From a virus (Duplodnaviria; Caudoviricetes), in IMG/VR virus record IMGVR_UViG_3300025844_000496, positions 1-34,769 of that record: a stretch of 34,769 nt of DNA. The stretch is one strand, 5' to 3'. Below are positions 1 to 8,970 of the stretch, piece by piece (position 1 is the stretch's first letter; every line of letters begins with the position of its first letter). Position numbers and translations under genes: made by a program. The notes below the pieces were generated by a model. That model had not been told where the DNA came from and made no database searches. It worked only from the letters and a program-made list of their open reading frames with translations.

Positions 1-44
1 TCATAACCTGAAGGTCGTTGGTTCAAATCCAACTCCCGCAACCA
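1..44 (+). tRNA. 3' half of tRNA-Met (CAT, initiator-like); att region. 5' half is outside the window
   Basis: TCATAA anticodon loop remnant, GTTGG-TTCAAAT-CCAAC T-arm, TCCCGCA-ACCA acceptor end with encoded CCA. Confidence 0.88.
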
Positions 45-1641
45 TCGTTAACATACAATCGCCGCTGGCCTTCTGGTCGGCGGCGTTTGTGTTTTCGGGG
101 TTGGCGAAGCCGAGGATGGTCGCGAGTTCGCCGTGCAATAGCAGGTCGACGCCCTGGCGCCCTTCGCGCGGTTCGACGTCGATCCGGTCGATCAGGCGAT
201 CGAGTAGCGGGCGAGCATGGCGGATCGCTTCGGCGTCGCCTGCGGCGATCTTCGCCATATCCGCAACCTGGCGGCGATAGTCTTCGATGATTGCGGGGTG
301 CGCAACGATCGGCGTAATCTCGGGCATATCGGCCTGCGCCTCGGCGATCTCCTGTCGACGTGCGGCCAGCTGGTCGGCGCGGGCCTTGAGCTTGGCTGGT
401 GCGATTCCGGCGAGGATGGCATCGGCCAGGCGATCTTCCTGTTCGTCAATGCCCGCAAGTTCGCGATCGAGATCCGCGCGACCGCTGATCAGACGGCGCC
501 GCTCTTCCGCCCAAGCGAGCCGGAATTCTTCAAGATAGGCGGCAATGACGTCGGGATGCAGCAGGTCGCGCTCGATCGCGGCCCAGACCCGCCGCTGGAG
601 GACGCTGTCGGTGATGGTCGAGCCGTTGCCGCAAGTTCCTGTCTGCCGATGGGTGCTGCAACCCCAGCGATCGGTTGAGATAATGATGACCGACCCGCCG
701 CAGGTCGCGCAGCGCAGCTTGCCTGAGAACAGGCGCGTAGCCCGCGTGCGGATCTGCGGGCTCGCTCCGCCGGCGGCGGCGAGGCGTTGCTGGACTTTCT
801 CCCACAGCGCATCGTCGACGATTCGCAGCTCTGGTACGTCCTGCTCGACCCGATCGGCTTGGTCGTTGGTGCGCGGTACGCGCTTGCGGGTCTGCGGGTC
901 TTTTCTGAAGGCCTGCCGGTTATAGACGATGCGGCCGATATAGAGCTGGTTGTGCAGGATGCCATTGCCCCGCTGGCGGTTGCCGGTGATCGCGTTCGCG
1001 CGCCACAGCCCGCCGCGCGGGCTCGGGATGCCCTCGGCGTTCAGGCGCTTTGCTATCGCGGTGGTTCCTTCGCCCTCGGCATATTCTTCGAAGATGCGCC
1101 GCACGATCGCGGCTTCAATTTCGTCGATCTCGCGCATGCCGCGTTCGGGCTCGCCATCCTCGCGCAGCGCGACGACCTTGCGGTAGCCGTAGGACAGCCC
1201 GCCGGGCACGCGCCCGGCCTTCACGCGCCCCACATGGCCGCGCCGGACCTTTGCCGCCAGCTGTTCGAGGAAGAGCGCCGACATGGTCCCGCCCAGGCCG
1301 ATATGCATCGAACCGACCTCGCCTTCGGAGAGTGTGATGATCCGCGCGCCTGCGAACCGGACCCGCTTGAAGATGCCGGCAAGGTCCTCCTGGTCGCGGG
1401 AAATCCGGTCGAGGCTTTCCGCCAGCAGCACTGCGGCGTCGCCGCTCTCGATCGCAGCCATCGCGGAGATCAGGCCGGGGCGATTGCGAATGGTGCCGCT
1501 GATCGCGGGGTCGGCCTGTTCGTCGAGAATTACCCAGCCCTCGCGCTCCGCGCGCTGGCGCAGCAGGTGCAGCTGATCCTCCACCGAGTCCTGCGACTGC
1601 AGCGCGGTCGAATAGCGGGCATATAGAATTGCAGCGGTCAT
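1..1641 (-). CDS. Large serine recombinase (integrase)
   Basis: YARYS catalytic motif, DRISR, recombinase domain (YGY, LNAEGIPSPRGGLW), zinc ribbon CATCG...C...C and coiled coil. Confidence 0.95.
   Translation of the reverse strand: MTAAILYARYSTALQSQDSVEDQLHLLRQRAEREGWVILDEQADPAISGTIRNRPGLISAMAAIESGDAAVLLAESLDRISRDQEDLAGIFKRVRFAGARIITLSEGEVGSMHIGLGGTMSALFLEQLAAKVRRGHVGRVKAGRVPGGLSYGYRKVVALREDGEPERGMREIDEIEAAIVRRIFEEYAEGEGTTAIAKRLNAEGIPSPRGGLWRANAITGNRQRGNGILHNQLYIGRIVYNRQAFRKDPQTRKRVPRTNDQADRVEQDVPELRIVDDALWEKVQQRLAAAGGASPQIRTRATRLFSGKLRCATCGGSVIIISTDRWGCSTHRQTGTCGNGSTITDSVLQRRVWAAIERDLLHPDVIAAYLEEFRLAWAEERRRLISGRADLDRELAGIDEQEDRLADAILAGIAPAKLKARADQLAARRQEIAEAQADMPEITPIVAHPAIIEDYRRQVADMAKIAAGDAEAIRHARPLLDRLIDRIDVEPREGRQGVDLLLHGELATILGFANPENTNAADQKASGDCMLTMVAGVGFEPTTFRL
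60..95 (+). terminator. Intrinsic terminator downstream of the tRNA, embedded antisense in the integrase gene
   Basis: CGCCGCTGGCC-TTCT-GGTCGGCGGCG stem with G-U pairs, followed by TTTGTGTTTT. Confidence 0.75.
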
Positions 1642-1793
1642 GTGCGGGGCGGCGAATCGTCCAAATGGTCGCGCATCATGGCCCGAACGCGCCGCCTTGC
1701 CAAATGACGCACGAGCGCGATCGCCTCGGGCCGGGCAGGCTCGGCGGCAGGATCACGCGACGCGACCAGGATAAGGCGGGCAGGGCGTGTCAT
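1638..1793 (-). CDS. Small 51-aa basic protein (MTRPARLILV...), possible recombination directionality factor
   Basis: Not in the ORF track; read by hand. ATGA overlaps with both the upstream gene and the integrase. Confidence 0.55.
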   Translation of the reverse strand: MTRPARLILVASRDPAAEPARPEAIALVRHLARRRVRAMMRDHLDDSPPRT

Positions 1794-2041
1794 TCGAAAA
1801 GATGGTCGCGCCGTCGATCTAGGCTGCCCGGCACATGATCGGAGGGTAGGACCGTTATCACCCGCCAGCTCTTGATGACGACACGCTGCCCACCACCCAG
1901 CTTCACAAAGGGAGCGCCGAAATACGCCGCGCGGATGAAGACGGGCTCGTTCAGGCGGCGGTCGACTTCAAGCGGTGAGACATCCTCGACGCGCTCGCGG
2001 TAACGCTGGATGGCGTGGGGCGTGACAAAAAGTTCGCTCAC
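1790..2041 (-). CDS. Hypothetical phage protein (83 aa; VTPHAIQRYRERV motif)
   Basis: GTG start overlaps the methyltransferase stop (GTGA); HAxxRxxER...VITV pattern common in small phage proteins. Confidence 0.7.
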   Translation of the reverse strand: MSELFVTPHAIQRYRERVEDVSPLEVDRRLNEPVFIRAAYFGAPFVKLGGGQRVVIKSWRVITVLPSDHVPGSLDRRRDHLFE

Positions 2042-2802
2042 AGTAGGTCGCCAGTCTGTGCGTGCGCGATCGCGGCCCATTGGTCGGGATATTTGGGATA
2101 ATCGCCGGGGCGCTCCATCCGCAGGCGGCACTTAGGAATCCAGCGGTGGCGGGTGTCGTGCTGGCCGGGGAGCCAGATTACCAGGGCGTAGCTCGTTGCG
2201 GACGAAGCCTTTATCGGCTTCCCGTCCTTATCGAGATTGAAGGGATCGTCGGCGCCGCTTCGGATCAGGCGATCCCGCAGAAGAACGACGCGCTCGACAT
2301 AGGTGACGACGTAGCTGGGCGTCAGATCGCCGGTGAATATCGCGCGGTGTCTTTCGTCCCCTTCGGTGAAGGAAGAGCGGACGAACATGACCACGCCGCG
2401 CCGCGCGACATGGATCGCCCGCTGCACGAACTCGCGCGCCAGCCTGAAGGGTGGATTTGTAGCGACCCAATCGGGCGCGGTCGCCATCGCGTGCGGGAGT
2501 TTCGGCATCAGGAAGTCATGCGGCACGCTCCCGTCGAAAGGATGGACATCGGTGCCGAAGGCGCAACCAAAATAGTCGGCGAGCCCGCGCATCATGTGCC
2601 CTTCGCCGCAAGCGGGTTCCCACACGATCTGTTCGCGCAGCGGTTCGGCCAGCTCGCGGGCGAGAAATTCGCACGCGGCGCGCGCAGCCCAGGGCGGAGT
2701 CGGGAAATAATCGAGGCTGGTGCGAAATCCGCGCGGCCCGAAGCGTTCGTCCGATGTCGGTTCGCGGCGCTGCATTACGGCGGTTGAGCGGTTGGCGGTC
2801 AT
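2038..2802 (-). CDS. SAM-dependent DNA amino-methyltransferase (m6A/m4C type)
   Basis: DYFPTP, EPACGEG (motif I), NPPF (motif IV); start chosen at the ATGA overlap. Confidence 0.85.
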   Translation of the reverse strand: MTANRSTAVMQRREPTSDERFGPRGFRTSLDYFPTPPWAARAACEFLARELAEPLREQIVWEPACGEGHMMRGLADYFGCAFGTDVHPFDGSVPHDFLMPKLPHAMATAPDWVATNPPFRLAREFVQRAIHVARRGVVMFVRSSFTEGDERHRAIFTGDLTPSYVVTYVERVVLLRDRLIRSGADDPFNLDKDGKPIKASSATSYALVIWLPGQHDTRHRWIPKCRLRMERPGDYPKYPDQWAAIAHAQTGDLL

Positions 2803-3011
2803 GCCGCAAGCCCTCGGCACTCGGCAGCGCCCTCGGGCGTGATCTGCCAATCGAGCGCGTTCTGGTCGCCGGCAACGCGGCGATAGTCGACCAGTCCATC
2901 TTCAAACAGCGATGCAAGGCCGGGATGATCGAAGCGGGTCCTGATCACTCCACAGTCGCGCACCGCTTGGAAGGCCGACAGACGCGCGGTTTCCAAGTCG
3001 AGCCCGCTCAT
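2799..3011 (-). CDS. Hypothetical protein (70 aa)
   Basis: ATGA overlaps on both sides within the early operon. Confidence 0.65.
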   Translation of the reverse strand: MSGLDLETARLSAFQAVRDCGVIRTRFDHPGLASLFEDGLVDYRRVAGDQNALDWQITPEGAAECRGLAA

Positions 3012-3991
3012 GCCGGAAACCCGTCATGCTGCAGGCCGTCGAGCAGGCGACCTGCCTCGGCCTTGGTGGCGCGCATCATGTATTCGCCATGTTCGCAGTC
3101 GCTGGTGGGGCGGTGATTACCCCATTGCTTGAAGAGGAACGGCACGCCAGCGGCCGCGCACTGGTCGCGCAGGGAGCGCGCCCAATCTGGGTGCATCGGC
3201 CGCGCCTTCGGGCCGCTCTCGCCACCGACGATGACCCAATCCAGTTTCGGCAGGTCTGCGAGGACTTCGTAGTTGTCGCCGCTGCCGTCGCATTCCAGAG
3301 CTTCGCCATTGAGCGCATCGATCAAATCGGCGCGGAAGAGTTCTTTGCCGCGTTGCTCGATACAGCCGAGTTCGACCGGCCCGAGCATAGGCTCACAGGA
3401 AAGGAAGCGGACGGCAGCGGGGGTGGCGAGCAGGTCCGGAATGCGTTCGTCAGCGCGCTGCTGATCCTCGACCGAGACGCCAAGCCAGACGTTCCGCAAG
3501 ATGCCCACGTTGTCGAGCCGATCATGGGCGTCCTGCAAGGCAAAGCTGCCCTGGTCCGTCCTGACCGACTGCAATGCGCTGAACCAGCGGGCATCATCAT
3601 TGCGCAGGTCGGCGCAATATTTCCGCATCCGCGCGCTGCGCTTGGTCAGCACTTGGAAGGTGTGCTGCGTGCAGAGCGCCATCACCGCGAACACCCGGTC
3701 GATCCATTTGTCGGGCACGCTCTCGTGGAACACGTCGCCGTGGGCGCACACGAAGATGCGGCGCGGCTTCTTCCAGCGTAGCGGCTGATCGAGCACCTTT
3801 TCGTTGAAGCGCACCTCGCCCGTCCAGACCATGCCGCCTGCGGTCTTTTCGGTCAGGCCACGCCGGCACTCTACCCGGTGCGCCTGCTTCATCGCGTAGC
3901 AGTGCTTGCAGCCCGGCGACGTGACCGAGCAGCCATTGACGACGTTCCACGTAGCGTCGGTCCATTCGATTGCGGTTCCGTCAGCCATCAC
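3008..3991 (-). CDS. Phage Gp37/Gp68 (DUF5131) radical-SAM-like protein
   Basis: IEWTDATWN, GCSVTSPGCKHCYA, LTKR, WLGVSVEDQ, FLSCEP, WVIVGGESG, FKQWG motifs. Confidence 0.92.
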   Translation of the reverse strand: MMADGTAIEWTDATWNVVNGCSVTSPGCKHCYAMKQAHRVECRRGLTEKTAGGMVWTGEVRFNEKVLDQPLRWKKPRRIFVCAHGDVFHESVPDKWIDRVFAVMALCTQHTFQVLTKRSARMRKYCADLRNDDARWFSALQSVRTDQGSFALQDAHDRLDNVGILRNVWLGVSVEDQQRADERIPDLLATPAAVRFLSCEPMLGPVELGCIEQRGKELFRADLIDALNGEALECDGSGDNYEVLADLPKLDWVIVGGESGPKARPMHPDWARSLRDQCAAAGVPFLFKQWGNHRPTSDCEHGEYMMRATKAEAGRLLDGLQHDGFPA

Positions 3992-4332
3992 ATTTCCCCC
4001 TTCAACTGGTTGAGCGCGGCGATCGCCATTGCTGCGGTGTGTTCGAGGCGGGCGATCGCGCGGGCCTTGTCAGGCTTCGACCCGTTCATCGCGTCCGCTG
4101 CACCGAGGGCGGCGTCGGCGGTCAGGCCGGTCAGTTGTGCGGCGGGATTGTCCATTCGCACGAACGGACTGGCCCCGGCCGTGAGCTGGCGCTCGCGGGC
4201 ATCGATGATGCCGAGGAAGCTGGCGCGATCCTCGACCCGCACGGCGATGTTGATCACCTCGGGCTGCAGGCGATCGCGGGCGATATTGGCGGCGCTGCCG
4301 ATCGACAGCGTCGGGAACTGGCCGGGCTTCAT
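3988..4332 (-). CDS. Hypothetical protein (114 aa)
   Basis: Start/stop overlaps with both neighbours. Confidence 0.65.
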   Translation of the reverse strand: MKPGQFPTLSIGSAANIARDRLQPEVINIAVRVEDRASFLGIIDARERQLTAGASPFVRMDNPAAQLTGLTADAALGAADAMNGSKPDKARAIARLEHTAAMAIAALNQLKGEM

Positions 4333-4538
4333 GCGGCGGTCCTTTCATGGGCGTTGAGCCGCGCGGCGATGCGGGCTTCGACTTCGGCCTGCTGGGCGAG
4401 CCAGACGCGCTTTGCGAGGCGGCGCTCGAGGCGCTCTTCCTCTGCGCGTTCGTCAGGCGTGAGCGGGCGGGTCAGGCGCAGCCGGGCGAGGGTTTCGCGG
4501 CGGGCGTCCTGTTCGGTGACCTTCCAAGCGCGGCTCAT
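4329..4538 (-). CDS. Hypothetical helical protein (69 aa)
   Basis: ATGA overlaps; charged helical composition. Confidence 0.65.
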   Translation of the reverse strand: MSRAWKVTEQDARRETLARLRLTRPLTPDERAEEERLERRLAKRVWLAQQAEVEARIAARLNAHERTAA

Positions 4539-4675
4539 TTCCGAGCATCCAACTTTTCACGGCATTTCAGGCACTGGTCGTAGCCAAGCCAACGGCCCCG
4601 TGCTTTGCCGCCCTCGCGCGGGCCGATGATGATTCCGCCACACTCACACTTTTTCTCGAACAGATTGATGTTCAT
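4535..4675 (-). CDS. Small Cys-rich protein (46 aa, CEC...CLKC)
   Basis: 3' end of ORF 4535..5323; AAAGGAAAG RBS-like sequence and ATGA overlap with the HD gene stop. Confidence 0.55.
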   Translation of the reverse strand: MNINLFEKKCECGGIIIGPREGGKARGRWLGYDQCLKCREKLDARK

Positions 4676-5433
4676 GCTGCTTTCCTTTCGGCGGTGGGCC
4701 AGAGGGCGTGAAATTCGGCGAGGAAGCGGTCTTCGGCTTCGTCGGGGTGCCAGGCGCGGGTGATGCGATGTCGGGCCAGCGCCTCGGGATCCGCGTCGCG
4801 GAGGATCGGCCAGCGTTCCTGTTCGCCGATCAGGTCGCGCTTCTCGATCGCGAGCGCGGTGATGTCCGCCGCCTTCACGATCTCGCGCCGACCTGCCGTC
4901 CATTCGATGTCGAAGTGCTGGGCAAGTCGGCGTTCGAGCACCGCCTCTACCGCGCGGTAGTCGGGCAGCAGGATCTTCAGCGGCCGGGTGATGTCGTGGA
5001 TGAACGCTTCGGCGGCGTCGTGCATGAGAGCGCAGCGGCGCAGTTGGACGCCGCGCGTCCCGCCAGCGAGCCGCGCCTGTGCTTCGACCAGGCGAAGGAC
5101 GAGAACCGAGTGCTGGGCAATCGAGAAATAGCGCGCGGTCTGGGCGCTGTAGCGGGGCTGGCGAAGTCCAGCAGCGATATCGACCGGTTGGACGACGCTG
5201 CAGTCGGGATTGCTCAGATCGAGATAGGCGCCCGAGCGCAGGCGGATCGATGTCGACAGGTCCGGTGCGGCTGCAATCGTCTGCGTCGTCGCTGCGGGCA
5301 AGCCAGTGCGCGCCACCGCGCAATCATCACAGATTGCCTGACCATCGACGACCAACCAGCCTGCAGGCGGAGATGGCACGCTGTTGCGTGCGGTGCGGGC
5401 GCAGGCGCATTCGAAGGAGTATTGTTCGGACAT
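4672..5433 (-). CDS. HD-domain phosphohydrolase (YfbR/5'-deoxynucleotidase-like) with N-terminal Cys-rich domain
   Basis: SIAQHSVLV, LMHDAAEAFIHDI, KAAD motifs; N-terminal CAC...CDDC; AAGGGG RBS before ATG 5433. Confidence 0.85.
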   Translation of the reverse strand: MSEQYSFECACARTARNSVPSPPAGWLVVDGQAICDDCAVARTGLPAATTQTIAAAPDLSTSIRLRSGAYLDLSNPDCSVVQPVDIAAGLRQPRYSAQTARYFSIAQHSVLVLRLVEAQARLAGGTRGVQLRRCALMHDAAEAFIHDITRPLKILLPDYRAVEAVLERRLAQHFDIEWTAGRREIVKAADITALAIEKRDLIGEQERWPILRDADPEALARHRITRAWHPDEAEDRFLAEFHALWPTAERKAA

Positions 5434-5459
5434 GGAATTTCCCCTTTCGTGAAGGCGGG

Positions 5460-5645
5460 TCAGGCGATTGCGAACCAGGCGAGCGCCGCGACGCCGCCCC
5501 AGAAGACGAGCAGGAACAGGAAGACCCACAGGAACGGATGCGGCTGCCAGCGCAGCGGTCGCGGTTGACGGCGGATGGTGATCGGCCCGCGGCAGCGGGT
5601 GCAGCGGCAGCGAACGGGATGGATGGTTGGGCTTCGGTCGGTCAT
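5460..5645 (-). CDS. Small membrane protein with HxxxCxCxxC motif (start may be 5714)
   Basis: C-terminal hydrophobic helix; GGAG upstream of ATG 5645. Confidence 0.55.
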   Translation of the reverse strand: MTDRSPTIHPVRCRCTRCRGPITIRRQPRPLRWQPHPFLWVFLFLLVFWGGVAALAWFAIA

Positions 5646-5710
5646 AGTGCAGGCTCCCTGCGGTTGGTGCCGTCCGCCCTCTCGCGCGGGCGGCGGCTGA
5701 ATTTGCTCGA

Positions 5711-8377
5711 TCATGTCGATGGTGATTTGCCCGCCCGGGGCTGCTCGAAGACCCAGCACTGCTGCGCTTTGCCCTCGGGCGGATTGACCGGCTTGGTCGC
5801 GACCCAGCGGCGGGACTTCGAACCGCGCAGCAGCTTCTTCAGCTGGTCGAGCGGGGGCGGAAAAATGCCTTCGCGACGACAGCGCGCCTCGAAATCGGGC
5901 AGGTTGATCGCGATAAAGTCTTCGGGTTTCCGGTGCCGGTTCAGGCTCTTGTGGAACGGGTCGGGGTGTCCGCTTTCTCGATCGACCAGGTATTCCACCT
6001 TTTCCCAGAAATCGGCGACGATGGGATGGTCCCCGCCGGCCGATTGCTGCCGGTCGAGCGCCATGCGGTCGACTTCGGCGATGGCTTCCTCAATCCATTC
6101 CTGACGGCAGTTCGGAAAGAGCTTCGGCAGGGTTTCGAGTGCGGCTGCCAGCTGTGCGTGGCACTTGATCGGGCGGGCATTGGTCAGGCCTTCGACGCGC
6201 CGACCCATGTCTGCATCGTGATGCTTGAAGCGGTCGAAAAAGAACGGGAGGAAGCTGGCTTCCTCGCGCGCGATATGGACGATCGTGCCGCTGCAGTCCT
6301 CGACCGGCCAGCTTTCGAGACGCTGGGCGGCTTCCTTCGTCCCCGGCCCCCACAGGGACTTGTCGATCGCCATCGACATCAGACGTTCCAGCACGGCGGG
6401 AATCGCATCGATCCGTTCGTTCTGCATGAGGTAGATCGAGCCGAGGAATGGCGGTTCCTCGGTCTCGAAGCCGCCTGATTTACGCCCGATGCCGCGCGGG
6501 GAGCGTCCGTTGTAGAGGACAAGCAATTCGTTCGGATCGAACTGACGCGCGTGCGAGCGACCGCCGTCGTCGCGCCCGCTTTCAATGAGGCCGACCGGCA
6601 GGTTCGCGACCTTGACCATCGAGCGGGCAAGGAAGGCGCGGGTCGCCTTGTTCGGATCGAACCCTTCGTAACCGACGCGCCCGAGCAGCTTCCAAAGGAA
6701 TTCGATCAGGGTCGACTTGCCAGAGCCCGGCGGGCCGGTGATTTCGAGGAAGCCCAGCGACTTGTGGCGTTCGCGTATCTGGACAGCGAAAACCGACATG
6801 ACCCAGAAGGCGAGGGCGATCAGGCCGCGCGTGCGGTACGCGGTCCAGACATCTTCGAGCCAGTCGAAGCGGAGCTGGTCGGGATCGTAATCGATCGACA
6901 GCATCCGCTCCGCACTGCGCAGCTTCACCGCGTGCTTGCCGACGTCGAAGTAATTCTCCGAATTGACCGACAGGACGCGCCCCTGATGGACCGCGAGATC
7001 GCCCAAAACCCATGCCCGATGGGCCTGCGAATAGCCGACGAAGCCGATAGGCTCGACGACCTTCAGGCGGCGGGTCTGCGCCTTCATGATCCTGTCGAGC
7101 TGTTCGCCGGATCCCGACCACATGCCAGCGAAGGCCATGAGGCGCTTCTTGAACTCGCCCGCATTGGCGCATGCTGCCGAAGAAAACCGCGCCTTCACCT
7201 CGCCAGCGCGATCGGGGAAGTCGATCTTCAGGAAGTAGGTTGTTTCGTCGGCGTTCTCGTCTCGTTCGCGGTAGAGCAGGCGAAAGGCGCAGTTCGCGAT
7301 CTCGATCAGGTTGATCTGCGTTCCGCCGTCTTCGTCATCCTTGACCCGGACCCAGAAGATGCGGTTGTCGTGCCGCATGTCGAAGCTGGTCATCGCCCTG
7401 GCCGATGCCTGTGCGCGGTCAACGATCAGGCGCGCTTTCTGCATCGCCGTCTCGGCAATCGTGATCGCGCCGTTGTGCAGGTATTGCTCGATTGCTTTCG
7501 GCCCGAGCGGGCCGTTGTCGGGCTTGCCGTCGAATGACTGATGGCGAAGCAGCAGGTCGTTCCAGTCGACCTTGGTTCCCTCGCCATCAGGGCGAACCTG
7601 CGCCGCGGAGGCCTTCCAGCCTTCGGCGCGCGCTCGCTTCACATGTTTCTTCGTGAAGAACACACCGGCGGCGCCGACATCGAAGGCGAAGACCAGCTCG
7701 GGCCGCTTGGCGATGCCTTCTGCCTGACAGTAGTCGGCGAGAGCCTTGAGGAAGTGTTCGGGGTACGGGTTGACCGACATGTTCGAAACAGCGGCCAGAT
7801 GCGCACCCTGGTGGAGCGCGACAGCGTCGAAGATGCCCTCGGCTATCCAGACCCGATCGGCGCGCGCGAGAGCAGCCATGTCGAGCCCCTTGGGGGTCCA
7901 GCAATGGCCCGACCAGCTGCCGCCATATTTGAAGTGCGCCTTCTTCGGAAAACGCCCCGGCTTGTCGATGATCCGTTCCCACCAGGAATCGCCAATCGGG
8001 AAACGGATCGTCGCCGAGGTCTGGTTCGTATCGCGGTCCTGGTAGATTTCCTGGCTGAAGGTGCCGCGCAGGAAGCGCATGTCGAGCCCGCGTTCGTGGA
8101 TCAGGTAGGCTTCCGCAGCGGCGTCCGGGTTTTCCTCGGTCTTCGGGAATCGCTTCGACCAGTCCTCGAACAGGTCGGGCAGCAGGTTGCGGACGCTGTC
8201 TTCCCATCCGCATCGGTCGGCCCGGCCGCAGCGAACGATCTTGGGGTCTTCGGCAGCGCAATAGGCTTCGCGCTTGCCGCATTGCGGGCACAGCCCTTCC
8301 TGCAGCCACTTGCCGCGTTGCTTCTTGAAGCCGAAGTCGCGCTTGAGTGCGGTAATGATGGCATCGGAGAGGTTCAT
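5711..8377 (-). CDS. Zn-finger/TOPRIM primase fused to P-loop helicase (replication protein)
   Basis: CPQC...C...C, AEGIFDA, FAFD and DWND TOPRIM-type motifs, Walker A GPPGSGKST; 888 aa. Confidence 0.9.
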   Translation of the reverse strand: MNLSDAIITALKRDFGFKKQRGKWLQEGLCPQCGKREAYCAAEDPKIVRCGRADRCGWEDSVRNLLPDLFEDWSKRFPKTEENPDAAAEAYLIHERGLDMRFLRGTFSQEIYQDRDTNQTSATIRFPIGDSWWERIIDKPGRFPKKAHFKYGGSWSGHCWTPKGLDMAALARADRVWIAEGIFDAVALHQGAHLAAVSNMSVNPYPEHFLKALADYCQAEGIAKRPELVFAFDVGAAGVFFTKKHVKRARAEGWKASAAQVRPDGEGTKVDWNDLLLRHQSFDGKPDNGPLGPKAIEQYLHNGAITIAETAMQKARLIVDRAQASARAMTSFDMRHDNRIFWVRVKDDEDGGTQINLIEIANCAFRLLYRERDENADETTYFLKIDFPDRAGEVKARFSSAACANAGEFKKRLMAFAGMWSGSGEQLDRIMKAQTRRLKVVEPIGFVGYSQAHRAWVLGDLAVHQGRVLSVNSENYFDVGKHAVKLRSAERMLSIDYDPDQLRFDWLEDVWTAYRTRGLIALAFWVMSVFAVQIRERHKSLGFLEITGPPGSGKSTLIEFLWKLLGRVGYEGFDPNKATRAFLARSMVKVANLPVGLIESGRDDGGRSHARQFDPNELLVLYNGRSPRGIGRKSGGFETEEPPFLGSIYLMQNERIDAIPAVLERLMSMAIDKSLWGPGTKEAAQRLESWPVEDCSGTIVHIAREEASFLPFFFDRFKHHDADMGRRVEGLTNARPIKCHAQLAAALETLPKLFPNCRQEWIEEAIAEVDRMALDRQQSAGGDHPIVADFWEKVEYLVDRESGHPDPFHKSLNRHRKPEDFIAINLPDFEARCRREGIFPPPLDQLKKLLRGSKSRRWVATKPVNPPEGKAQQCWVFEQPRAGKSPST

Positions 8378-8493
8378 CGCGTGGCGAATTCGACCAGAGC
8401 GTGGGAGAGAATGACGATGTTCAGGATCGCGACGCCCACGCAGAAGCGGGTGATAGCTTCGCGCAATCGGCGCAGTTCGTTGTCGCTGGGCAT
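8374..8493 (-). CDS. Small 39-aa membrane peptide (MPSDNELRRL...)
   Basis: Read by hand; GGGAGA RBS, ATGA overlap with the primase start, one hydrophobic helix. Confidence 0.55.
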   Translation of the reverse strand: MPSDNELRRLREAITRFCVGVAILNIVILSHALVEFATR

Positions 8494-8562
8494 GGCGTGA
8501 GTCTCCCTTGCGGCGGAGTCACGCTCCGCCGGTGTCCTTCGGTTCGGTTCGGTGATCGGCGG

Positions 8563-8970
8563 TCAGCCGGTGTCCTTGCGGGCGCCCTGCGGTTGCGGGT
8601 CGGGATCGAAGAAACCGGGTTCGTCGTCGCTGTCGCCGTGCGGCGGGGGGCGGACATGCTGCACCTGATCGCGCGGGCAGACCGGCAGGTTCAGGTCGGG
8701 CCGGTCAATGTTCCCTTCAACCAAGGTGTGCACGAAGACGATGTCGGCGCGGAAGATATGGCCGCAGCCGGAATCGGTGCAGTGGCAGGTCAGGTGCGTC
8801 GTCTGCTCGCTCATGCGTTCCGACCTTCGGATGAAGGCGGGCGCATCGCATTTCGGGCAAAGCATGAAGCAACTGCTGCCCGTCTTGCGCCCGCCCGGCC
8901 GCAAGCGAAACTGCAGCGGTGCGGCAATCATCGGACGCGCTTTGGTGAGGTTCCCTCCCGCCGCGCTCAT
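8563..8970 (-). CDS. ogr: Ogr/Delta-like zinc-finger late transcription activator
   Basis: CPKC...IRRS...CHCTDSGCGHIF signature. Confidence 0.85.
   Translation of the reverse strand: MSAAGGNLTKARPMIAAPLQFRLRPGGRKTGSSCFMLCPKCDAPAFIRRSERMSEQTTHLTCHCTDSGCGHIFRADIVFVHTLVEGNIDRPDLNLPVCPRDQVQHVRPPPHGDSDDEPGFFDPDPQPQGARKDTG

Noticed and set aside
8512-8577. Hairpin, TTCGG x3 and 12-bp direct repeat GCCGGTGTCCTT as replication origin iterons
   Set aside because: Too few and too short, with no AT-rich unwinding region; could be a local duplication
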